64,000 nt of DNA. Origin: Cellvibrionales bacterium UBA4451 (GTDB taxonomy: Bacteria > Pseudomonadota > Gammaproteobacteria > Pseudomonadales > Porticoccaceae). Numbering within the stretch: the first letter of the stretch is position 1; every line of letters starts with the position of its first letter. This document shows positions 35,264 through 42,566 of this stretch, in pieces. The DNA lies in assembly GCA_002390285.1 (NCBI GenBank), contig DGPB01000009.1, positions 89,454 through 153,453 of the forward strand. Direction: 5' to 3'. Below the pieces are notes generated by a model. That model was not told the origin of the DNA. It ran no database searches and worked only from the letters and a program-made list of their open reading frames with translations. Position numbers and translations under genes: made by a program.

Positions 35264-35632
35264 CTACCTGCATGGATGCGGGAATGCGTCTAAGAATGCC
35301 TTCATTGTCAAAAAGACTTCTCGTTCATGCAATTCAGTAGGATTTTTCCTTAAATACTCCAGCACAATACTCATTGACTGTCCGTTTGTAATACCTCCTT
35401 TTGGGAAGCAAACTTTTAGTGAGCCATCATTTTCCATAACCTTCATAATACTGCTAACACCATGGACAAAGCCTACGCAAAAGCCAAAAGACATCGAATC
35501 ACCATCTTCGTCGGCATTTAAAAAACTTTCTGCTTCCGCACACTTTTTTAGTAGTTCATTGCCGTCGGCAAAACTTAAAGGTGAAAAGAACAGAACTATG
35601 GTTAGCATTATTATCTTAATTGTTGGCTGCAT
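35264..35632 (-). CDS. Rap1a/Tai-family immunity-like protein
   Basis: Signal peptide then DGNELLKKC...CVGFVHGV...VCFPKGGITNGQ...YLRKNPTELH...AFPHPC; four-Cys pattern; AAGGA RBS. Confidence 0.85.
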   Translation of the reverse strand: MQPTIKIIMLTIVLFFSPLSFADGNELLKKCAEAESFLNADEDGDSMSFGFCVGFVHGVSSIMKVMENDGSLKVCFPKGGITNGQSMSIVLEYLRKNPTELHEREVFLTMKAFLDAFPHPCR

Positions 35633-35646
35633 TAACTCATCCTTTT

Positions 35647-35741
35647 CACGTAACTGAGTGAATCACTTTAGCAGATGTTGATTACAGGCTGAATAAGCAA
35701 CTTGAAAATATCCAATCGGCTCAGTGAAAGGTTTATTAGGT
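35647..35741 (-). mobile_element. attC-like imperfect hairpin between the 54-aa ORF and the distal Rap1a gene
   Basis: Minus strand ACCTAAT-AAACC-TTTCACTG...AGTGATT-CACTCA-GTTACGT. Spacer and box lengths 5/8...7/6 as in attC. TCACT/AGTGA, AGC/GCT and GAT/ATC pairings; ~94 bp. Confidence 0.5.
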
Positions 35742-35742
35742 G

Positions 35743-35907
35743 CTACTCGCATGGGTAAGCATCTAGCTTTTGCTTCAAATAATTCAAGTCTCTGTCTGTA
35801 GCATTAACCTCATCCCAGATAGGGTCATCTTCGGCGAGTAATACCTCTTTGAGACACTCTAGCTTGCGTATTTCGGCCTCAATAGAGTCTCTTGTGGCTA
35901 CTTGCAT
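35743..35907 (-). CDS. Unannotated 54-aa acidic helical peptide
   Basis: Below ORF-track cut-off: MQVATRDSIEAEIRKLECLKEVLLAEDDPIWDEVNATDRDLNYLKQKLDAYPCE. GGAGG RBS 7 nt before ATG; start overlaps the end of the upstream Rap1a gene. Confidence 0.6.
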   Translation of the reverse strand: MQVATRDSIEAEIRKLECLKEVLLAEDDPIWDEVNATDRDLNYLKQKLDAYPCE

Positions 35908-36263
35908 GGGTACGCCTCCAGGAAAGCATCCATTATCAAATAGCCTTTGTATTCATGTAGTCGAAGAGGATTTTTCCTTAAATACGCTAGAACAATTCGT
36001 ACACTCTGCTCATTTGAAAGCCCGCCTTTTGGTGTGCAGATTTTAAATGGGCCATCCATTCTTGTCTGACTCATTCACACCCCGTCGACTATGCCAAGGC
36101 AAAAGGTACGTTTATGGACATCATCAGTTTTTTCGTTATTTTGCAATTTTTCTGATACTGCGCATTCTTCTAATAAGCTATTCCCATCGACGCCGGCATA
36201 ACTCGAAGGTGAGAAGAGTAGGAAGCCAGAAAGTAATACTATGACATGAATTATGGGGCGCAT
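35898..36263 (-). pseudogene. Second Rap1a/Tai-family gene interrupted by an in-frame TGA at 36075-36077
   Basis: N-part ...DGNSLLEEC...FCLGIVDGV* continues in frame as MSQTRMDGPFKICTPKGGLSNEQSVRIVLAYLRKNPLRLHEYKGYLIMDAFLEAYPCK*, collinear with 35264..35632. Confidence 0.85.
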
Positions 36264-36380
36264 TTGAATGTTCCTTTTCACCTATTAAATGCAACTTTAC
36301 CAGAAGGGAATTGATGCTATCAAGCGGAGTGATAATCAGGAAAATACCCTAGAAAGTGTCCCCAAAAATAATAATCCAAT

Positions 36381-36413
36381 AAAAAAGGCCAACTATTTAA
36401 GTTGACCTTTTTT
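36381..36413. terminator. Terminator downstream of tRNA-Ala
   Basis: AAAAAAGGCCAAC-TATTTAA-GTTGACCTTTTTT. Confidence 0.85.
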
Positions 36414-36445
36414 GCTGTATCCCTTGCGATGCAAGGGCTTGCGTT

Positions 36446-36521
36446 TGGTGGAGCCTAGCGGGATCGAACCGCTGACCTCAACACTGCCAGTGTTGCGCTC
36501 TCCCAGCTGAGCTAAGGCCCC
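36446..36521 (-). tRNA. tRNA-Ala (GGC)
   Basis: GGGGCCTTAGCTCAGCTGGGAGAGCGCAACACTGGCAGTGTTGAGGTCAGCGGTTCGATCCCGCTAGGCTCCACCA; 76 nt, anticodon GGC, encoded CCA. Confidence 0.98.
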
Positions 36522-36604
36522 AAATCTGTTGCTGATAACCTTATACAGGCTTTACTTACTCTCTATAAGCCCAGCTGTAACCCGCTGCACCCAAAGGGCA
36601 TAAA

Positions 36605-36616
36605 AGCTAAGGCCCC
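36605..36616 (-). repeat. Isolated copy of the first 12 nt of tRNA-Ala
   Basis: GGGGCCTTAGCT, identical to 36510-36521. Confidence 0.85.
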
Positions 36617-36630
36617 GAAAGAGGCTGCGC

Positions 36631-36659
36631 ATTTTAGGTATTGGCCCAATAAGAGTCAA
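36631..36659 (-). promoter_or_regulatory. Sigma70 stable-RNA promoter for tRNA-Ala
   Basis: TTGACT-N17-TAAAAT then GC-rich discriminator GCGCAGCC; -35 overlaps the gltX stop. Confidence 0.75.
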
Positions 36660-38170
36660 GCCTGTTCTTCGGGATGTTCAGCTCGGTTAGCGCAGATTAG
36701 CTGGTATTCTTTTTCCCATTTTTTCAGTTGTTTTTTAGACACCCCTCCAGCCGTCTCTAATGCATGTCTGACGCGCGCTCGGACTAAGTCTGGACCCAGA
36801 ATTTCCATCGCATCAAACAGCGGCGGCCCCGATGGAGAGCCTGTAACGGCCACAAACAATGGGAATAGAAAATCTTTAAGCTTTAAGTCTACCGACAAGG
36901 CTATTTGATTTAATTCTTGATACAACCCATCACGGGACCAATGACGCAGCCCATCGAGGCGCCAGACACTGTATTGAAGCACCCTACGCACCAGTTCATT
37001 ATCCAGCTTTTTATGTTCAAAACTGGCTTCACTCAGAGTTGGCATACCCGACAGCATGAAACCCAGCAAGGGTGCTATATCGGTAAATTTTTCGACACGC
37101 TCTTTAATAAGAGGAATCATTCGAGACAAGTTGTCACGATTAATGGCCCAGTCGGCAACACGGCTGGCAAATTCACTATCATCCAAATTTTCACGAATCC
37201 AACAACCATTGAGCCAATCCAGTTTTTCCGTATCAAAAACAGGTCCACCCAGGTGCACATTGTGGATATCAAAGTTTTCCAGCATTTCTTGAAGGGTGAA
37301 TTTCTCAGCCTCATTGGGCATTGACCACCCCATTCGTCCCAAATAGTTAATCACTGCTTCGGGGAGATAACCCATTTCACGGTAATAATTAATACTGGTC
37401 GGGTTCTTACGCTTGCTGAGCTTGCTCTTATCCGTATTTCTTAACAGCGGCATATGGCATAGCTGGGGCATTTCCCAGCCAAAATACTCATAAAGTAATT
37501 GATGCTTTGGTGCAGAATTGATCCACTCCTCACCCCGAATCACATGGGTGATTTCCATCAAATGGTCATCAACCACATTGGCCAAGTGGTAAGTAGGCAT
37601 ACCATCCCCTTTAAGCAAGACCTGCATATCAATTTGGGCCCAGGGTATCTCGATTTCACCCCTCAGCATGTCATTGAAGGTACAACTGCCCTCCTCCGGT
37701 ACTTTCATCCGGATAACATGGGGTACGCCATCCGCGAGTCGCTCCTGCACATCAGCTTGAGAAAGGTTCAGGCTACGGCCATCGTATTTGGGCGTTTCAC
37801 CTCGAGCCATCTGCTCCTTGCGCATGGTATCCAATTCACTTGGCGTGGCAAAACAATAGAATGCGTGGCCTTTTTCCACCAGCTTCATCACATGCTGATG
37901 ATAAATAGCCATGCGCTCACTTTGTCGATAAGGGCCGAATTTTCCGCCCACATCGGGTCCTTCGGACCAATTAAGACCGAGCCAGCGCAGTGAATCCAAA
38001 ATCATTTGTTCAGATTCACCGGTGCTTCGGGTTTGGTCCGTGTCTTCAATACGAAGAATGAACTCGCCACCCAAACTGCGAGCAAAACAAAGATTAAACA
38101 GTGCTACGTAGGCAGTACCTACGTGGGGATCACCAGTGGGTGATGGTGCAATACGGGTACGAACTGACAT
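36656..38170 (-). CDS. gltX: Glutamate--tRNA ligase
   Basis: [11 protein letters not shown] (HIGH), RIEDTD, KLSKR (KMSKS). Confidence 0.97.
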   Translation of the reverse strand: MSVRTRIAPSPTGDPHVGTAYVALFNLCFARSLGGEFILRIEDTDQTRSTGESEQMILDSLRWLGLNWSEGPDVGGKFGPYRQSERMAIYHQHVMKLVEKGHAFYCFATPSELDTMRKEQMARGETPKYDGRSLNLSQADVQERLADGVPHVIRMKVPEEGSCTFNDMLRGEIEIPWAQIDMQVLLKGDGMPTYHLANVVDDHLMEITHVIRGEEWINSAPKHQLLYEYFGWEMPQLCHMPLLRNTDKSKLSKRKNPTSINYYREMGYLPEAVINYLGRMGWSMPNEAEKFTLQEMLENFDIHNVHLGGPVFDTEKLDWLNGCWIRENLDDSEFASRVADWAINRDNLSRMIPLIKERVEKFTDIAPLLGFMLSGMPTLSEASFEHKKLDNELVRRVLQYSVWRLDGLRHWSRDGLYQELNQIALSVDLKLKDFLFPLFVAVTGSPSGPPLFDAMEILGPDLVRARVRHALETAGGVSKKQLKKWEKEYQLICANRAEHPEEQA

Positions 38171-38250
38171 GGATAGTTATTTCCGTCAAGCTGAGAAAGT
38201 GAGAGGGTTAAATACATCAAATAATGGCCGATATTATACGCCGATCAATA

Positions 38251-40215
38251 CTATTCAACAGGCTTAGACTGGGGCTCACCTAGGAAATAACCTTGAGCTG
38301 CATCAACACCAAGTTCGGCAAGCTGGTTCCATTCTATCTCGCTTTCAACACCTTCCAACCAGAGTTGAACGTTGCGATTATGAGCAAGCTGAACCAGCGA
38401 TTTGATATAGAATTGATTATCAGGATTCTGATCCAGCTCACGAAGGAAACTACGATGCACTTTTAGGTGGTTCAGTGGCAAGCTGCTCAAATAACCGAAG
38501 GCTGAGGACCCTAGTCCAAAGCCATCAATCGCCATAGAAGCGCCACATTTATGTAATAGCTTATCGAGCCGTCGTATGGGCTTATCATCTAAGACTATAG
38601 CCTTTTCAGACACCTCAAACACGATATTACTAGCCAATTCACGTTGAGAGGTTAGGTAAGAATCTAGCCATTTAACAAAACCGTTTTCTTGTATTGAAAG
38701 CATCGACAAGTTAACGCATAACTTGCCAGAAAAGGTTTTTTCCCGGTTAGTAGTGGCCAGAGATTCAAGAATCAATCGATCGAGCTGAGGCATTAGGCCC
38801 AGCCGCTCCGCGATAGGAATCACTATCCCCGCCGTTAACAAATCATCACCATTAATAAAGCGTACAAACACTTCATGGGCAACGACAGTCTTATCAGGAA
38901 GGCTTAATACCGGCTGAAAATATAGGACTATAGAGTGATCCGAGATAGTCTGCTCTAAAAATGCCTGCCATTCCTGCAACGTGCGACCCAGAACGGGTGC
39001 TTCACCATCCCGGACGTCAGAGAGCTTCGCCCAACGGTTAGTACCCTGCAATTTGGCCTGGCGTAGGGCTAGATCGGCTTCACTCAGCATGTCAGCACCG
39101 CTAGTGACCTCAGAATGATAGGTATAGCCCATATTGAAGTGCAGTGGACATTGGTCATTGTTAAGCCAGCTAAGGCCCTGTACCGTCTCAAAAACGGCTC
39201 CAGCCAACTCCTCGCCCTCCTGAGGCGTAATATCGGGGATAAATACGGAGAACTCCTGCCCCTTCCTTCTGGCAACCAATGCTCGTGGATGTCGTAAAAC
39301 AGTACTATTCAGGCACTCACCAATGGTTTTAAGTAAGCGGTTACCTTCCGCCCGACCTGCATAATCATTGACGGAGGCAATATCGTGCATGGCGATAATG
39401 ATCAGCGCACCGGTATGTGTTCCGACTTCTTTGTCATCGACAAAACTATTCATACGATTATCGAAATCACTGCGGTTAGAAATCCCCGTGACCGCATCGC
39501 GAAATGATTGCTTCTGCAACTGTCCTATTGTCGCCAACTGTTCGTCAAAGATTTCTTTGAGATGCTGAGCCATTCGATTCATCGCCAAGACCACACGTCT
39601 CAGTTCACGGGTTTTAGGAATGTTCTCTTGTATAACAAAGCGTTTTTCATAGATATCGTTAGCTTGTCTTTCAACGCGAGTTAACGGCTCAAGTAACCAT
39701 TTCAGTGCGAGATAAGCCAGCAGACAAACCAATAAAGTAATAGCGGTAAACCAGCCTAGCTGCGTCGTTGTTACTTGCCAGAGCTTTACATAAGCCTGAC
39801 CGGGATGGCTGACAACGTTAAGAACACCCAGCTGAGACCAACCCGACGACACTTCCGCTTTTCCCTCTGGTGAGGGTAAAGGCATTAACGACACAAACCA
39901 ATCGGGAACTGTTTCTATGGATACAGGGAACTCTCGGTCAATCACAATATTTTGTTCAAGATCAGTAAAGAAAATACGTTGGTAATAACCGCTATCGGAA
40001 ACGGCATTGAACATAGTGTCCAATGTGGCAATATCTTTTTCTTGAGCAGCCTGCGTCATGGATAGGCCAAGAGATGTGGCTGTATCCTGCGCATGTACCT
40101 GCATTTGATCTTCGACCAACAGGCGATTGTTGTGGAGACTAACCAGCGTATTACCTGCATAGAGGCAGATAAACAAGATTACTACGGCGATAATCAACTG
40201 ACGAAACAGTGTCAC
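38251..40215 (-). CDS. lapD: LapD-like c-di-GMP receptor (periplasmic output, HAMP, degenerate GGDEF and EAL)
   Basis: MTLFRQL start, GWSQLG LapG-binding loop, KGQEF in place of GGDEF, EVF in place of EAL, DGFG. Confidence 0.88.
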   Translation of the reverse strand: MTLFRQLIIAVVILFICLYAGNTLVSLHNNRLLVEDQMQVHAQDTATSLGLSMTQAAQEKDIATLDTMFNAVSDSGYYQRIFFTDLEQNIVIDREFPVSIETVPDWFVSLMPLPSPEGKAEVSSGWSQLGVLNVVSHPGQAYVKLWQVTTTQLGWFTAITLLVCLLAYLALKWLLEPLTRVERQANDIYEKRFVIQENIPKTRELRRVVLAMNRMAQHLKEIFDEQLATIGQLQKQSFRDAVTGISNRSDFDNRMNSFVDDKEVGTHTGALIIIAMHDIASVNDYAGRAEGNRLLKTIGECLNSTVLRHPRALVARRKGQEFSVFIPDITPQEGEELAGAVFETVQGLSWLNNDQCPLHFNMGYTYHSEVTSGADMLSEADLALRQAKLQGTNRWAKLSDVRDGEAPVLGRTLQEWQAFLEQTISDHSIVLYFQPVLSLPDKTVVAHEVFVRFINGDDLLTAGIVIPIAERLGLMPQLDRLILESLATTNREKTFSGKLCVNLSMLSIQENGFVKWLDSYLTSQRELASNIVFEVSEKAIVLDDKPIRRLDKLLHKCGASMAIDGFGLGSSAFGYLSSLPLNHLKVHRSFLRELDQNPDNQFYIKSLVQLAHNRNVQLWLEGVESEIEWNQLAELGVDAAQGYFLGEPQSKPVE

Positions 40216-40393
40216 GCGGCCTTCCCTTTTTTATTTATTATCAACGAGTCTAATGCAATCCAGTTCACTTGCCAATTGAGTGCTACATCACACCTATAGC
40301 CATTACCGGATAGCTATCCGCTATGGGGTCTATGGTAAGATAAAATAATAAAAAAACGCATGAAAACTGTCGCAAAAATAGGATTATTTTCAA

Positions 40394-41065
40394 ATGAATT
40401 CAATGGGGAGGTCAGCACTTAAAACCAGCTTTGCCTGGCTTCCCATTGCAATCATTGGTCTATTCTCGGCAGCCATTGCTCAACATCAGGGCGTCAGTGA
40501 AAAACTACTCTCAAAGATTAGTGATAAATATGGCCCTACTGCCGAAACCCGGATTCGCCACTGGGAAGGGTTAATTCACCAATATCACAGCAGCGACGAT
40601 CGAAAAAAACTCACTATCGTCAACGATTTTTTTAATGGTGCTCGTTTTGTCAGTGATGCCATCCTATGGAATAAGAACGATTACTGGGCAACACCGTTAG
40701 AGTTTCTTGCCAATGATGCGGGTGACTGCGAGGACTTCTCCATTGCAAAATACTTCACCCTCAAAGAAATGGGGCTGGATACCGCTAAGTTGCGGATTAC
40801 CTATGTAAAAGCAACCACGCTCAATCAGGCCCACATGGTATTAGCCTATTACGCTAGCCCCAATGCAGAGCCGCTTATTCTGGACAACCTTAACAAGCTG
40901 ATAAAACCAGCCAGTCAGCGACAAGACCTACGGCCTGTGTATAGCTTTAACGCAGATAACCTTCGGTTAAACCGAACGAGAAATGAACAACTGAAGGCAG
41001 GCAAGCCTAGTCAGTTAAATTTATGGCGGGATTTAAACTCGAGAATGCGGCGGGAGTTGCTCTAA
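40394..41065 (+). CDS. lapG: LapG-like periplasmic transglutaminase-like cysteine protease
   Basis: Signal peptide; DYWATPLEFL, GDCEDFSIAKY (Cys), AHMVL (His), LDN (Asp). Confidence 0.92.
   Translation: MNSMGRSALKTSFAWLPIAIIGLFSAAIAQHQGVSEKLLSKISDKYGPTAETRIRHWEGLIHQYHSSDDRKKLTIVNDFFNGARFVSDAILWNKNDYWATPLEFLANDAGDCEDFSIAKYFTLKEMGLDTAKLRITYVKATTLNQAHMVLAYYASPNAEPLILDNLNKLIKPASQRQDLRPVYSFNADNLRLNRTRNEQLKAGKPSQLNLWRDLNSRMRRELL
40621..40740 (+). repeat. 120-bp direct repeat, copy 1 (partner at 42070-42189)
   Basis: 116/120 identical by manual comparison; offset 1449 bp. Confidence 0.95.
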
Positions 41066-41080
41066 GGCTTTTGTTCTTAT

Positions 41081-41114
41081 AAAAAAAGCCCCGACACCAC
41101 TGTCGGGGCTTTTT
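41081..41114. terminator. Bidirectional terminator
   Basis: AAAAAAAGCCCCGACA-CCAC-TGTCGGGGCTTTTT. Confidence 0.9.
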
Positions 41115-41133
41115 AGTTTTAACGGTCTAAAGG

Positions 41134-42069
41134 TTAATCAACCACCAATGTGTTGGTAGACAAGAGGCTTTCAATAATATCAACAGACTGGAGGGTACCA
41201 CCTTCAGTCAGATCCACGCCCTCTATCACGATAGATTGCAAGGCTGAACCAGCACTTGGTTCAGCGAATATTATCGTGTCAGCTCCGGCATTGATAGATT
41301 GGACTAACAAGAAGGTGCCATCCAATGCTTGAGCTAACGACAAGTCAGATGAATGATCAAGAGCTTCTTCACCCACTAACAAGTCGGACAAATCGAGCAC
41401 ATCACCTTCGCTTACATTGTAACTACCACCAGACTGATTGAAGTCAGTAATAGTATCTACAGCACCGACACCTTCATCGCCAAAGTTCCACTGGAAAACA
41501 TCTGCACCAGTACCACCTGTTAGAGTGTCTGAGCCAGTACCACCTGAGATAACATCATCTTCAGCTGTTCCAACTATAGACAATCTCAAAAGTATCCGTC
41601 GCAATATCACCATCCGTATCAGCTACACCCGCTGTTACTTCAAGGCTTTGATCCACACCAGTTAATTCTTCTGTGGTAGTAATCGATGTCACCTTATAGT
41701 CACTTCCAGCATCAGCAGTTAGCTCAACAGTATCAAAGTTCCATGAAGTGTTGCCTTCGAATAATGCTTGAAGGCTAGGGTCACCTACAAAGTCAACGTC
41801 TATTCCGTCAACAGCTATCACTCCATCCTGAGTAATGTTAATAATCACGGATGAATTAATGTAATCAACGCCACTATTGTTTGTGATTGTTAATGTACCT
41901 AACTTAACAAGTGTCTCGTCAATACCATCAGCACCAACTAAGTCTTGCCAGTCATACAAAGTAATCAAGGCTACTTCACCAACACCAACACCAACACCAA
42001 TTGCAAAGGCCCTAGTATTAACCGTTAGAGCTGAGTCATCACTGTTCAAGAAACCAGATGCTTTAATAA
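41134..42069 (-). pseudogene. 5'-truncated, frameshifted C-terminus of an RTX/T1SS adhesin
   Basis: vWA-tail-like 'RAFAIGVG', RTX nonapeptides 'GGTGSDTLTGGTGADVF', T1SS target 'DTITDFN...GDVLDLSDLL'; frameshift near 41575-41580; no start, cut at the lapG repeat. Confidence 0.85.
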
Positions 42070-42514
42070 CAACGATTTTTTTAATGGTGCTCGTTTCGTC
42101 AGTGATGCCAACCTATGGAATAAGAACGATTACTGGGGAACACCGTTAGAGTTTCTTGCCAATGATGCGGGCGACTGCGAGGACTTCTCTATTGCCAAAT
42201 ATTTCACCCTGAAAAAAATGGGACTAGATACCGCTAAATTGCGTATTCACTATGTCAAAGCGACAACGCTCAACCAAGCACATATGGTGCTTGCCTATTA
42301 CTCCACGCCTAATGCCGAACCACCGATTCTCGATAATCTTAACAAGCTGATAAAACCGGCCAGTCAACGACCTGATCTACGCCCCGTGTACAGTTTTAAT
42401 GCCGACAATTTATGGTTGGCGAAAACACGAACTAAACATGTCAAAGCGGGCAAGCCAGGTCAGTTAAATTTATGGCGAGATTTGACGAACAGGATGCAGC
42501 AAGAATTATTGTAA
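42070..42514 (+). pseudogene. lapG: 5'-truncated second lapG copy
   Basis: In frame from 42071 (NDFFNGARF...GDCEDF...AHMVL...LDN...QELL*); lacks start codon and signal peptide; collinear with 40621-41065. Confidence 0.9.
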
Positions 42515-42515
42515 T

Positions 42516-42551
42516 AAAAAAAGCCAGCCCAATTAATGGGCTGGCTTTTTT
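42516..42551. terminator. Bidirectional terminator
   Basis: AAAAAAAGCCAGCCC-AATTAAT-GGGCTGGCTTTTTT. Confidence 0.9.
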
Positions 42552-42566
42552 ATTAGCTACCTTCAA

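Noticed and set aside
35170-36446. Prophage or ICE integrated at the tRNA-Ala 3' end
   Set aside because: No integrase and no duplicated tRNA 3' end (attR) seen; the islet is only ~1.1 kb.
41977-42000. (CACCAA)4 microsatellite as a phase-variation switch
   Set aside because: Hexamer unit keeps the frame (GVGVG) and lies in a pseudogene.
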